Notes: generated from the sequence alone by a model not told the origin. A stretch of DNA of 64,000 bases from Squalus acanthias (GCA_030390025.1 CM059432.1:135162001-135226000); one strand, 5' to 3'; counted from the first letter of the stretch, positions 26,551-40,551 are shown. Translations and numbers: made by a program.

Positions 26551-27022
26551 GAAAAAAAGACTTGTATTTATATAGCGCCTTTTACAGCCCCCAGGATGTC
26601 CCAAAGCGCTTTACAGCTAATGAAGTATTTTTCAAGTGCAGTCACTGTTGTAATGTAGGAAACGAGGCAGCCAATTTGTGCACAGCAAGCTCCCACAAAC
26701 AGCAATGTGCTAATGGCCAGATAATCTGTTTTTAGTGATGTGGGTTGAGGGATAAATATTGGGCAGAACACCGGGGAGAACTCCCCTGCTCTTCTTCAAA
26801 ATAGTGCCATGGGATCTTTAACATCCACCTGAGAGAGCAGACGGGCCCTCAGCTTCACATCTCATCTGAAAGACGGCACCTCCGACAGTGCAGCACTGCC
26901 TCAGTACTGTACTGGGAGTGTCCACCTGGATTATGTGCTCAAGTCTCCAGAGATCAGACATGAACTCACGACCTTCTGACTCAGTGGCAAGAGAGTGCTA
27001 CCCACTGAGTCACAGCTGACAC
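26551..27022 (-). mobile_element. SacSINE1/DeuSINE-like SINE
   Basis: Reverse complement of the 23708-24180 family. Confidence 0.85.
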
Positions 27023-28663
27023 TTGTCATTTGTCTGCACTGCAGTCTGCTATTCAGCACATCGCAACACCAGTGGTATCTGCAGGGGGCACTCAGTTACA
27101 AATGGTCCTAAGCACAGCCAGAGCTTCTCTCATGAATACTCCCATTGCTGCTCTGGAGATTTTAAGTTACAAACTCCAGGATGGGATCATGATAGACTTC
27201 AACCCACTAGGACAGTGGTTACATGCAAACCTGGGGGAAGGACTGCCTACTTCAATGCTCAGACAGATCAGCAAGCATGGTAAAGAAATGTTGAATGTGC
27301 TGTTGTTGTTTGTGAGAAAAAGACAAAGACATTTTCTCGACTGAAGACCAGGAATCATCTGACACAGAAGGGCTGATAGTCCTCTCCAATGTGCCTGGGG
27401 AATGCTCAATAGCACCGGGTCCCCATCAGCTTTATGTTGCCCCAGGATTTCCAGGGTTGAGAGAGGGAGGACGGAGTAGTGGTGTCTACAGCAGGTGCAA
27501 ACATAGGACAGGTATAATAATGAAGTAGGAGAGGATTTCCTTTCAAATTCCTCCCCCAATTCCAGCAGGGCACCCTTCCTGAGAGAGGCCAGAAGAGTTT
27601 GGTTAAGAGTATCTGAGAGGATCGAGCAGAAAGGCTCGGTAAACAGGCAAGCAAAACCTTTTTTTCCCAGCCTTCTTGGGAGATTTTCAGGCCTGGAGGA
27701 GTTAGGCTGCTGTTCTTGGACTACCAACAGAAGGCCCATAGCCAGTGGCCATTCCTGCTACTGAAGGCTTCTCAGTTTCTTGGCACTAGACCCTGCATAG
27801 AGCAGGTCTGCACCAGGGGCATGACAATGACATGAATCTGTAAATACAGATGGGTTCGGGTCATGGCAGGCAGAGCACACATTGCAAGGAATGGGAAGAA
27901 TCAGCCCCGTGCAGTGTAATGTGAGTGCCTGGGTGATGCAATTGAGGCAATGGAAAGAACCAAGTTGCAAAAGCACTTGACAATGGCGTGACCTTTAAAA
28001 GCCTAACCAAAGCACGATGTCTGGCTGTGTTGGTCTCAACAACCTTGCTGAGTTCATCAAGGCAGTTTGGTGTGACTTAATATTTTGTTTAGCACCAATT
28101 TATCATCGGAGTGTCCAGCTAGTCCAAGAACAAGATTTATAGATGAGTTACCCTCTCTCTTGTGGGACTTTCTAGGTCACCTGTCACTCCACTGTTTCGT
28201 CTGTGTCAAGTATGCTCGGGCTCTGCTGCCAGTACTCTATGGCTTTCAAAACAACTGCAGACAATTTACAGAAGCTGATGGCTCCTATTATTCAGTTTCC
28301 TATAAAAAGTGGCAATTTCTACATTGGCAAAGGCCAGCTAAAAAAAAACACAAGAAAAAAAGCTAGCCAAGAATGCCTCCGAGTCAACGTTCTATGAATA
28401 AATCTTCATTAAAAGAAAAAAAAAATGGGGGAAAAAAAACGAGCATGTTTCCAGCAAATGAGCACCTACCAAACGCAGCAGATTTTTGCAGTACATTTGC
28501 AACCAGAAAAAAAACCTGCGAACATTTCTCAACCACATAAGCTCATCCTGCGAAGCAGCAAGCACTTTTGTGAAGAGGGATATGCATTTTATTTTGTAAA
28601 CATAAAAATTCATATTAATCCAACTTCAAAGGATATAAATTTTGACTCTTCAGGAACACAATA

Positions 28664-28747
28664 GCCCTGAAATTCCGTGGGGGTTCTGCTGGTCTCCTGC
28701 CATAACGTCAGAGGGCGAATGGTGGAACCTCAGCGGAATTTCAAGGC
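28664..28747. mobile_element. ~85-bp hairpin mini-MITE
   Basis: GCCCTGAAATTCCG ... CGGAATTTCAAGGC (1 mismatch). Confidence 0.6.
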
Positions 28748-28934
28748 CAACGCATCTATTGCATTACTAAAGTCAGAATACATGCAAATCAGCAACAATG
28801 AAAAGGCTGGACTGGTTCATTTTATCAATTTCTCCCTTGTCAACAACTTAATTATTGTCATTTATACAACATTTATTCTGAATATTGATGACTCATTTCA
28901 CAGTTGATTAATTTTTAAACTCGGGGGGGGGGGA

Positions 28935-29333
28935 GGGGAGAAATTCAACATTGTTTCGCCCGTCTTTGGGCGAAAGGTGAAGGATAGGGGGACGAATTTC
29001 AGGTTGCGATCTCCCGCGCTCGATCTGCCCCGTAAGTGCACCGGCTGCCAAATTGGTATCTGCTGACTTTTAGGTGTGCGGGGCACCCACTTGAAATAGT
29101 CGTTGGGTGCCCTGCATATGCAAATCAGGGTCCTAAAGCCCTGACCAGCGAGCTGTATTTGGGGTGGTCTGATTGGTGTCCGCAGCCCGCTCGTTTAATG
29201 CAGATGGCTGTGGCCCATATTCATTTCGGTCTCAGGCCTCTGGGAACCCAATGTAACCCCGTCCCTGCCTTCATTTTTGCTCCTACTCGCCCCTAATATG
29301 GGGCTATATGCCAGAAAAGACAAATATTCTGGC
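28935..29333. mobile_element. Probable Harbinger-like MITE
   Basis: GC-rich block starting GGGGAGAAATTC and ending AATATTCTGGCC. Ends are degenerate. Confidence 0.35.
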
Positions 29334-29969
29334 CTCTGCTTTGACATTGCAAGGGCCGTGAACCACTAGGCTTTAAAAGCTGGCACAGTTAACCCTTTGA
29401 GAACTGCGGTGGCATTTCTCCATCATGTCTAAAAATATCTCAGGTTTGGAGTTTTTCTCTAATCTGCATTATAAATGAAACTACATCCCAAGAACACCTG
29501 ACTTTGTTCTAATTTAGTTCTGTAATGCCTAGTACTACTCTTAATATTCAGCACACTTTACACACAGGTTGTATAACACTCCAGTTCATGAAAACCTGCA
29601 GGAAGGTGCTGTAACTTTTCTGACATTTGCCATTTTAACAGACGAATACCGATTAAAAAAAAATAGTATTAAATACATTACTACAAAGAAAATACATTTT
29701 GTTTTGGAATCATGATGAGTGCTGATTTCCCAGTGACCCCTGCCCCCGGCGCATGTGCACTTCACCTAGCCAAACCTGAACCCATCTGGATGCAACCTCA
29801 GGTCATCTGCAGAACCCCAATGTACAGGCTCACCTCCTGGCAGTGCCCAGCACTTGGAATCTGTGTGGTAATCACTGCGGTGGTTGGGGCCTTCTGGCCC
29901 AATGTGCATTAAGAAAAAAAAAGTCCATGTTGGCTGGCTGCTCAACTCCAATTGGAGAGAGGCTGGGTG

Positions 29970-30422
29970 CAGAGATTGGGTCGATTAGGCTTATATTCGC
30001 TAGAGTTTAGAAGAATGAGAGGGGATCTCATTGAAACTTATAAAATTCTAACAGGACTAGACAGACTTAGATGCAGGAAGGCTGTTCCCGATGGCAGGGG
30101 AGTCCAGAACCAGGGGTCACAGTCTAAGGATAAGGGGTAAGCCATTTAGGACTGAGATGAGGAGGAATTTCTTCACCCAGAGAGTGGTGAACCTGTGGAA
30201 TTCTCTACCACAGAAGGCAGTTGAGGCCAATTCATTAAATATATTCAAGAAGGAGTTAGATATATTTCTTAAGGCTAAGGGGATCAAGGGAATTGGGGAG
30301 AAAGCAGGGACAGGGTACTGAATTTGGATGATCAGCCATGATCGCATTGAATGGCGGAGCAGGCTCGAGGGGCCGAATGGCCTACTCCTGCTCCTATCTT
30401 CTATGTTTCTATGTTTCTATGT
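29970..30422 (+). mobile_element. CR1 3' end
   Basis: LGLYSLEFRRMRGDLIETYK and RTRGHSL peptides. Tail (TTTCTATG)n. Confidence 0.92.
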
Positions 30423-32296
30423 GCCACAGCAACAACAAGAGGAACATGAGAGCAAAGGACCTGTATTGCTCTCTCCCACCTTAGTTACACGGTGCCCTTA
30501 GTCTGTGCCTATTGCAGACCCAGGCATTCTTTGCTTGCCTTCAGGGAAGCCCTGGAAATTCCAGGGTGACAAAAAAGGGGGGACACTTTTCCATCCCCTG
30601 TGATATGCACCCAGGGTAAAAGCATTCGCAGGAAAATCAGCGCTGCAAAGTTCTGCACTCCCAAAAGGATTTTAAGTAACGCAGTGGGTGCCGTTACCAT
30701 ATTACAAAGCTGAGGTTTCTTCATACACCAGAAAGATTTGACCATTAAAATCTCTTACTGTATTAAAATGGCAAAAACAAACCATATTAAACAATTAGGC
30801 CAGTTATGCTACATAGTTTGTGCTGAGAATGAAGCTTCGTCTCAAAATGTGTCATTAGGGTGTGAAGTCTTTTGAACTGAACTTAGACAAGGGGTGTAAA
30901 GCCAGCTCTGGGAGGTAGTCTCCGACCACTAAGGCGTTGCACTCTGCGAGATAACAGCAACTGGTGCAAAGCAAAGTTTGAAAAGTCGCCAGGTAATCCT
31001 TCAGACTACACAAAAACCTCTCTAAACTTGTTTTTTTTAAATATTTCCAATATTGCCAAACAGTCAAGGGCCCCATCAACATTAAGAATTAACCAGCAGT
31101 CAAGTGCCAATGATTAGTATTATGTGCCTGGATGTACAGAAATCCCTGGCCATAGGGGGATAAGGAACCTTCAGTATAACTCAACCTGCCAGCCAACATC
31201 ATTCTAATGATTAGTCTCAAGCTGCTATCTGTAGGATAAGAGCCTTTACATATAAAGTAACGTCACGTTCTCCCAATAGGGAGCAGCCTGCCTTGAGTCA
31301 GAGATAGACCTAATTCACTGCAGCAACAATTCTCCGATCCCACTGTCCCGGAATTGTTGAATTTACCTTTAAATACCTACAGGTTAATGCAACAAAACTG
31401 CAATCAGTTTCTGCTTTTTTTCATAAAAATAAATCCAAAATCACAGTGCTCGTAAAAAAGAGCAGGACGTTCAAAAAAATGAATGCCTTATTCGAAAATA
31501 TCTATAAGAAAACAACCGGACAGTTTCTTGATAATCAAACTCGCTGCCTGTGCATCAGCTCCCTCCATATCCTCCTATTCCTCACCCTCTTCCTGTGGGC
31601 CTGCAGCCCCAGGTACCTTAAAACCAACTTTCTGTATCGCCACACGTCAAAACTGTACAGCTTGCAGATGTTGATTGAGCTTAGAGACCTTTCAAGTCTG
31701 GACTGTACAGCAGTAACCCACTATAGCGATTCAAACAATGGAATCATTGTTTTAGCATTGCTACGGTATGCAAGGTGATGGCATGGGCCTCATTGTATTT
31801 GAGTTCTGCTCTGCTGCTGTATGCGAGTTTCTAAATTGAGTTCATGAGCTTTGGATGCAAAGGGTGATCCTGGCCTCCCAACAGCCAACTATTCATTCTC
31901 TCGGGACCTTCAAATAATTAGGGCATCATGACTACTCCCTTAATAATGGCTGCTAATATAGTTGGAAATCACTTGAACATTAATGTCGTGGTGACCCTTC
32001 CTATTCATGTGCGCTTTACGATTGAAGGGCTAGATTTCGGGGATTCCCGGCCAGCGGAAAAAGGGCCGTATTGCCCTGAAAAAGGCGGGGAATGATTCGC
32101 CGCCCGGTTCCCACCATCGCTGTGACAGCCGCAGTCTTCTCCCGGACCTACTGTTGAACGGCCGGATTGCCAGCCACAGGCAGGCGGTAGGCCCATTTAA
32201 AAGGCAAATCGGGGTCCTATAGCGTAACTAGGACCCCAATTGCCATTGTAGGATGATAATGTGCAGCACATGCTCTGCCCAGCATCAGCTGGTGGT

Positions 32297-33075
32297 TCAT
32301 AGGGACATAGGAACAGGAGTCAGCCATTCAGCCCCTCGAGCCTGTTCCACCATTCAATGAGATCATGGCTGATCTGCGACCTAACTCCATATACCCGTCT
32401 TTGCCCCATATCCCTTAATACCTTGGGTTCACAAAAATCTGTCAATCTCCGATTTAAAATTAACAATTGACCTAGCATCAACTGCCGTTTGCGGAAGAGA
32501 GTTCCAAACTTCTACCACCCTTTGAACATAAGAACATAAGAAATAGGAGCAGGAATAGGCCACTTGGCCCCTCGAGCCTGCTCCGCCATTCAATAAGATC
32601 ATGGCTGATCTAGGGCTCAAAGTCACTTCCCTGCCCGCTCCCCATAACCCTTCACTCCCTTATCTTGCAAAAATCTGTCTATCTCCACCTTAAATGTATT
32701 TAATGACCCAGCCTCCACGGCTCTCTGGGGCAGAGAATTCCACAGGTTTACGACCCTCTGAGAGAAGAAATTGCTCCTCATCTCAGTTCTAAAAGGGCGA
32801 CCCTTTATTCTGAAACTATGCCCCTGAGTTCTAGATTTCCCCACGAGGGGAAACATCCTCTCTGCATCTACTTTGTCGAGCCCGCTCAGTATCTTATATG
32901 TGTAGAAGTGTTTCCTAACTTCACTCCTGAAAGGTCTGGCTCTAATTTTTAGACAATGCCCCCTAATCTTAGACTCCCCAAAGAGTGGAAATAGCTTCTC
33001 TCTACCTACCCTATCTGTTCCCCTTAATATCTTGAAAACTTCGATCAAATCACCCCTTAACCTTCTAAATTCCAG
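32297..33075 (-). mobile_element. CR1 3' end with a second CR1 3' end nested at about 32525-32898
   Basis: Two CR1 3' UTR/tails. The outer sequence tctaccaccctttg|tgtgtagaagtg is split by the inner copy. Confidence 0.88.
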
Positions 33076-33829
33076 AATGCGGAGCCAACAGGTAAGTTTG
33101 TGTTTATTTCTGTGGGACCGGGGAGGAGCAGGAGTTTGAGCCTGTGTCAGAGCTTCTCCGAAAGTCATGAAATTCAGAGCAAGACCTTATTATTCCATTA
33201 AAATTAGAGCTCTGCTTATCTGCATGTCTGTCTCCTTTGACCCACAAAAAAAAACACACACACCCCCCTCGCAAAACTCAACATGCTATGAATCAGGTGC
33301 GTGGCGTCAGGCTCCCATCAGTGAGGCTCCGTGCTGCTGGCAAAGTCGTGTAAAATCAGGACTTATAACTAATATTGGTGCAAAGCAAACCCACTTTGCA
33401 TTGACACGACTGTTGCTTAAATGCCCCCCAAGAATTCTTTGGCAAGGTGATAAAAAAGAATACATTTTCCGAATAGTTTTTCTAAAAAAAAGTTTAAACA
33501 CATTCCAGTATTTTTCAGTAATACAAGGGAAATCTTTCACTTGGCTCAACTAATACTCAAATTTTGAAAAAGTGCAAAACTACTTTTACCAACCATTTGC
33601 TTTTAACCTCAATGTACAATGATAACTGTTTTAAAATGCTGCACAAATGGACATGGGAATAAGGTAGCCCAGTGCCCAACACATTAAGAACCATTAACTG
33701 ACTGACATGTTTGCAAACTGCAAGGTTACTACAGCTAATTACTGGAAGTTAAATCAGTCTCTGAAAAGGTTCAACTCCTGTTGTTATTTCATAAAAGCAT
33801 CAGCAAGCATCATAGCTATTAGCAATGAA

Positions 33830-34093
33830 ATGAGGTTTAGAGGGGATTTGAGGGGAAATTTCTTCACCCAGAGGGTTGTGGGGGTCTGGAACTCACTGCC
33901 TGAAAGGGTGGTAGAGGCAGGAACCCTAACCACATTTAAAAAGTACTTGGATGTGCACTTGAAATGCTCTAACCTGCAGGGCTACGGACCAAGAGCTGGG
34001 AAGTGGGATTAGGCTGGATAGCTCTTTGTTGGCCGGCGCGGACACGATGGGCCGAAATGGCCTCCTTCCGTGCTGTAACTTTCTATGATTCTA
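33830..34093 (+). mobile_element. CR1 3' end
   Basis: FFTQRVVGVWNSLPERVVEAG peptide. Tail ttctatgattctatg. Confidence 0.85.
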
Positions 34094-34492
34094 TGAGACA
34101 TTGCCTGTGCCGCAATGCACTTCATGTTGCAAATAGAGACCTTTTCTGCTTTGTCAGTCAAGTACCTTAAATGCTGCTGACTGCAAAACCCGACCCTGAC
34201 CCCATTCGTTTGACGCAAGCAATGATTCCCATTTTCATACTGCAGCGGCATTATGATTTTGACCGACTTGTCAGAACTTCAATACAGGGCTCCTTGCCAG
34301 CACTGATGCTGTTTTAAGATAAGATAAAAAGCTGCCCAGCATGATTATTCACTTTAGCTAAGATAGTGGTTCGATTAATGGTTGTAAATACCACCACCTG
34401 CCAGAGAAAGAAAGGAGCTTGAGAGTGATGGGGGGGGGGGGGGGGGGAGGCGAGAGCGGAAGTCTCACAATCAAGGTCCCTTTTAAAAGTCA

Positions 34493-37400
34493 GAATCATA
34501 TAATCATAGAATGATATAGCACAGAAGGAGGCCAATCGGCCCAACATGCCTGTGCCGGCTCTTTGATCAAGCTATCCAATTAATCCCACTCCCCTGCTCT
34601 TTCCCTGTGGCCCTGTAAATTGTTTCTCTTCAAGTATTTATCCAATTCTCTTTTGAATGTTACTATTGAATCTGCTTCCACCGCCCTTTCAGGCAGTGCA
34701 TTCCAGATCGCAGTGTATAAAAATGTTTCCTCATGTCACCTCTTGTTCTTTGGCCAATCCCTTAAATCTGTGACCTCTGGTTGCCGACCCTTCTGCCACT
34801 GGAAACAGTTTTTCTTTACTTACTCTGGCAAAACCATTCATGATTTTGAACACCTCTAGCAAATCTCCTCTTAGCCTTCTCTGCTCTAAGGAGAACAACT
34901 AAAGCCCCTTATCCCTCATATCATTCGAATAAATCTCTTCTGCACCCTCTCCAAGGCTTTTGACATCCCTCCTAAAGTGTGGTGCCCAGAACTGAACACA
35001 ATACTCCAGCTGAGGCCTAACCTGTGTTTTATAAAGGTTTAACATAACTTCCTTGCTTTTGTACTCCATGCCTCTATTAATAAAGCCAAGAATCCCATAT
35101 GCTTTTTTAACAGCCTTCTCAACGTGTCCTGCCATTTTCAAAGATTGGTGTACGTACACCCCCAGGTCTCTCTGTTCCTGCACCACCTTTAAAATTGTAC
35201 CATTTAGTTTATATTGCCTCTCCTCATTCTTCCTCCCAAAATGTATCACCTCACACTTTTCTACGTTAAATTTCATCTGTCATGTGTCTGCCCCTTTCAC
35301 TAGTGTGTCTATGTCCTCTTGAAGTCTGTTACTATCCTCCTCATTGTTTACTCCATTTCCGAGTTCGTATCATCTGCAGACTTTGAAATTATGCCCTGTA
35401 TACCCAAGTCCAGGTCATTAATATATATCATAAAGAGCAGTGGTCCTAATACCGATACCACTGTATACTTCCCTCCAGTCTGAAAAACAACCGTTCACCA
35501 CTACTCTCTGCTTTTTGTCCCTTAGCCAATTTTAAGAAATAGGAGAACATAAGAAATAGGAGCAGGAGTAGACCAATCGGCCCCTCGAGCCTGCTCCGCC
35601 ATTCAATGAGATCATGGCTGATCTGATCCAACCTCAACTCTAAAGAACACAAGAAGCAGGAGCAGGACCAGGCCACTCGGCCCCTGGGCCCGCTCCGCCA
35701 CCCACAGGGCCTTGACCGATCCGAACTCAAACTCATGTCCAATTTCCAGCCCGCTCCCCGTAACCCCTGATTCCCTTTACTTCTAGGAAACGGTCTATTT
35801 CTGTTTTAAATTTATTTAATGAAGTAGCTTCCACAGCTTCCTGGGGTAGCAAATTCCACAGACCCACTACCCTCTGAGTGAAAAAGTTTCTCCTCATCTC
35901 AGTTTTGAAAGAGGAGCCCCTTATTCTAAGATTATGTCCCCTAGTTCTAGTTTCACCCATCATTGGGAACATCCTCACCGCGTCCACCCGATCAAGCCCC
36001 TTCACAATCTTATATGTTTCAATAAGATCGCCTCTCATTCTTCTGAACTCCAATGAGTAGAGTCCCAATCTACTCAACCTCTCCTCGTATGTCCACCCCC
36101 TCATCCCCGGAATTAACCGAGTGAACCTTCTTTGTACTGCCTCGAGAGCAAGTATGTCTTTTCTTAAGTATGGACACCAAAACTGTATGCAGTACTCCAG
36201 GTGCGGTCTCACCAATACCCTATACAACTGCAGCAATACCTCCCTGTTTTTATATTCTATCCCCCTAGCAATAAAAGCTGTCCCTTTAATCCCATGGGCT
36301 TTAATTTTGCTAACAAGTCTATTATGTGGTACATTGTCAAACGCCTTTTGAAAGTCCATATACACAACATGAACTGCACTACCCTCATCAAACCTCTCCA
36401 ATACTTCATCAAAGAACTCAATCAATTTAGTCAAACACGATTTGCCATTAACAAATCCGTGCTGACTTTCATTTATTATCCCATACTTTACTATATGCCA
36501 ATTAATTTTGTCCTGGATTGTTCTCTCTAAAAGTTTCCCCACCACCGATGTTAGGCTGACTGGCCTACGGTTGCCAGGTTTATCCCTCTTCCCTTTTTTA
36601 AAATGGCGTGTAATATTTGCAGTCCTCCAGTCATCTGGCACCACCACCATATCCAAGGAGGATTGGAAGATTGTGGCCAGAGCCTCCGCAATTTCCACCC
36701 TTACTTCCCTTAGTAACCTAGGATGCATCCCATCCAGAGTGGGTGACAACCTTTTACGTACCTTCTCTTTATCTGTTTTCATCCTATCCAATATCGCTAC
36801 TGCCTCCTCCTTCACTGCTACATTGGCAACATCCTCTTCTCTAGTGAAGACAGATGTAAAGTACTCAGCCATGCCCTCTGCCTACACAAGATCATCTCCT
36901 TTTTGGTCCCTAATACTATTTATGTGTTTATAAAAGACTCTTGGGTTCCCTTTTATGTTAGCCGCTAATCTATTCTCATACTCTCTATTTGCATACTCTC
37001 TCTTTGCTCCTCTATACTTTCTATATTCAACTTGGTTCTTTACTGTATTATGAACTTTACATTTGTCATAATCCTCCTTTTTCTGTCTCATTTTAATCTC
37101 TGTGGGCTGGATTTTCAATGACCCGTGGAGTCGGGTTTGGAGGCGTGTGGGAGGTTAAAGTTGCGGGGTCGGGGGTGCCGACCCCATCCCGACTCCATTC
37201 CGCCTCCATGCAATTTTGACAAAATCAGTCGCGGGGTTCCCGACTCTGTCCCGCCGCCAAGAGGCGGGAGAGGCCATTAAAGCCCTTAACAAGCCCTAAA
37301 TTGGCTCTGTAATGCCATTTTGAAACGTTTTAGCTAGTTTAACCCTTTTTCGACGTGAAGTACGCCTGATGTGAAACACTCCAGTGAAACCTGGCGGGAG

Positions 37401-39380
37401 CACAAGTGGATAGCTGACTATCGGCTGCAGGTCCACTATTACAACGGAGATGTGATGAAGGTAGTAGTAGTATTAGGTCTGAAAGTTGATGCTGCTGCAT
37501 TGAATGTCTTCAGAGACTGCCTGGCCTTGCTGTGAGAGGACCTGGATCTATTCTATCTATTCTCATTCTCTCTCTGCTGCTCATTTTGCATCCAGGTCCA
37601 CTCACAGCAAAGGCCAGGCAATCTCTGAGACCAGGCAGTCTCTGCAATGATGACATCATCAGAGGCGACTTTCAGACTCAAACCACTAATTAGTTCATGG
37701 GTTCCCACATGCTGGAACTCAATTGCCCAATTAAGTTAAAATTGCATCATTCATCCACATTAATCTGGAGTCGGGGGGGCAACACGAAATGCGGATCACA
37801 CGACCCCAACCCGACCCCAAGACAAAATCCAGCCCTGTATCTTTATTCATCCAGCTAGCTCTAGCTTTGGATGCCCTTCCTTTTCCCCCCATCGGAATGT
37901 GTCTACTTTGTACCCGAACCATCTCCTCTTTGAAGGCCTCCCATTGTTCAATTGCTGTTTTGCCAACCAATTTTTGATTCCTATCAACCTGGGCCAGATA
38001 TCTTTTAAGAACATAACAACATAAGAAATAGGAGCAGGAGTAGGCCATACAGCCCCTCAAGCCTGCGCCGCCATTCAATAAGATCATAGCTGATCATCCA
38101 CCTCAACTCCACTTTCCCGCCCGATTCCCATATCCCTTGATTCCCCTAGAGTCCAAAAATCTATCTATCTCAGTCTTGAATATACTCAAAGACTCAGCAT
38201 CCACAGCCCTCTGGGGCAGAGAATTCCAAAGATTCACAACCCTCTGAGTGAAGAAATTCCTCCTCATCTCAGTCTTAAATGGCCTACCACTTATCCTGAG
38301 ACTATGCCCCCTAGTTCTAGACACTCCAACCAGGGGAAACAACCTCTCAGCATCTAACATATCAATCCCCTTCAGAATCTTGTATGTTTCAATGAGATCA
38401 ACTCTCATTCTTCTAAACTCCAGAGAGTATAGGCCCATTCTACACAATCTCTCATCATAGGACATCCCTCTCATCCCAGGAATCAATCTAGTGAACCTTT
38501 GTTGCACCGCCTCCAAGGCAAGTATATCCTTCTTTAGATAAGGAGACTAAAACTGTGCACAGTACTCCAGGTGTGGTCTCACCAAGGCCCTGTACAATTG
38601 TAGCAAGACTTCCTTACTCTTATACTCCAACCCCCTTGCAATAAAGGCCAACGTGCCATTTGCCTTCCTTATTGCTTGCTGTACCTGCATGCTAACTTTC
38701 TGTGTTTCTTGCACGAGGACACCCAAATCTCTCTGAACACCAACATTTAAAAGTTTCTCACCATTTAAAAAATATTCTGTTTTTCTATTCTTCCTACCAA
38801 AGTGAATAATCTCACATTTCCCTACATTAGACTCCATCTGCCACCTTACTTACCCACTCACTTAGTCTATCTATATCCCTTTGCAGACTCTTTTTGTTCT
38901 CACAGCTTACTGTCCCAACTCACTGAAGTTAGCTCTCCTCCAGTTAAGTACTTTTACGCTTGATTGTTCCTTGTCCTTTTCCATAACTATTCTAAATCTG
39001 ATGATATTGTGAATACTGTTCTCCAAATGCTCTCCCACTGAAACATGCTCCACCTGCCCCATTTCATTCCCACTAGATCCAGCACTGCTTCCTTCCTCGT
39101 TTGTCTGGAAACACACTGATGAAGAAAACTCTCTTGTACACATTTCAGGAATTCCTCCCCCTCTTTGCCCTTTACACTGTTACTATCCCAGTCTATATTA
39201 GCATAACTGAAGTCCCCCATTATCACAACTCTGTAGTTCTTACATCTTTCTGAAATTTGCTCCTCTATCTCCTTCCCACTATTGGTGGCCTATAGTATAT
39301 GCCCAGTAGTGTAATAGCTCCTCTATTGTTCCTTAATTCTAACCAAATAGACTCTGTCTTTGACCCCTTAACTACATCAT
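34493..39380 (-). mobile_element. Long CR1 LINE (endonuclease C-terminal part to 3' tail) carrying four nested insertions
   Basis: IMGDFSYANIDW (APE endonuclease region), RPVSLTSVVGK, YMDFQKAF and RPQLEYC motifs. Nested CR1s at about 35533-35640, 35641-36277 and 38006-38908, and a MITE at 37104-37835. Confidence 0.9.
37104..37835. mobile_element. PIF/Harbinger MITE inserted in CR1 ORF2
   Basis: Perfect 12-bp TIR GGGCTGGATTTT / AAAATCCAGCCC and TSD TGT. Removing it restores the CR1 peptide WMNKDT-EIKMRQKK. Confidence 0.92.
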
Positions 39381-40159
39381 CCCTTTCCAATCATCAATCA
39401 TTTATAACTTAACATTTCTTTTTTCCATCTATTTCTATTGATTATTATTCGCTTTAAGAACACATTGTAGTAACAACAAGAAAAAGCCATCAGCTCATAT
39501 ACTTCAGGAGTAAACTCATCCATACTTCAATGTGCAACCAATTTCAAGGACTTACTGAACCAGGCAGTTTGAGGGGACGGAGTTAATATAAATAAAGCAT
39601 AGTCATTAACCCTGGTGCATCGGGAAACTTGCCATTTTAAGATGCTTCCAGTGACAGAGTATGAATTCTGCCCAAATCAGTTCCACCGAAGGGAATCAAT
39701 AGCTAGACGCAGTGCGCAAGTTGTAGTCTGACCAGAGCACTGAGCAGTTTAAGTTTCAGACTTGCACTCTCTTTGAATACATGTGCATTCTATTTCAGTG
39801 GCACAGGGTATAAATTGAAAAGTTAAAAATGGCCAACCTCGGAAACTGTTAGCAGTGTAAGATATTGAGGCCTAGATATTAGATATAGCCACAAAATGGG
39901 CAGTGCTAAGGTCTAACGATGTTAAGCTGCGCCACCTCAAAATGGTCTAAGTAGCACGCAAAATGCATGCTCAGTCCTTAATAACATGATTATAGTCTTG
40001 ATTTTAGTGCTGACACTGCTGCTCATTGGCTTAACGCTCAACAGGTGGACCAACATTGGGTCCAGTCTAATTCCCGGTCATGCGTGGTAAAGGCTTTATT
40101 CAGTACTTAAAGGGACGGTGCATTGATGCTACAGCACCGTACTGTCACGCTGATTCATA

Positions 40160-40301
40160 GTGGAGGTGGAGGTGGAGGTGGAGGTGGAGGTGGAGGTGGA
40201 GGTGGAGGTGGAGGGCGGAGGGCGGAGGGCGGAGGGCGGAGGGCGGAGGGCGGAGGGCGGAGGGCGAGGGCGAGGGCGAGGGCGAGGGCGAGAGCGAGAG
40301 C
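40160..40301 (+). repeat. Compound G-rich microsatellite (GGAGGT)n-(GGAGGGC)n-(GAGGGC)n-(GAGAGC)n
   Basis: Tandem units directly visible. Confidence 0.95.
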
Positions 40302-40308
40302 CATAGCC

Positions 40309-40551
40309 ATGGCAGAGCTTCCTCAAAGGGAGAGAACCCGGAGATTTTCTGACACAGCTCTGGAGGCACTGGTTGCGGTCGTGGAGAGGAGGCGGGCTGT
40401 CCTCTTCCCGCAGACTGGAAGGAAGCCCTAGCCACACACCTTGCGAAGGATGTAGCAGGAGATAGCCGTCCATGTCATGGCCAGCACTGTGGTCCCAAGG
40501 TCGGCCATTCACTGCTGAAAGAAGTTTAATGACCTCACTTGAGTGGTCGAG
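40309..40551 (+). pseudogene. Harbinger Myb/SANT-like DNA-binding protein, exon 1 (in-frame stops)
   Basis: MAELPQRERTRRFSDTALEALVAVVERRRAVLFP...QEIA..V.....RS..HC*KKFNDL, followed by donor gtgagt. Putative acceptor at about 40834. Confidence 0.8.

Noticed and set aside
27167..27739. 190-aa minus-strand ORF
   Set aside because: No recognisable domain or splice context. Possibly a decayed TE, but I cannot support a call.
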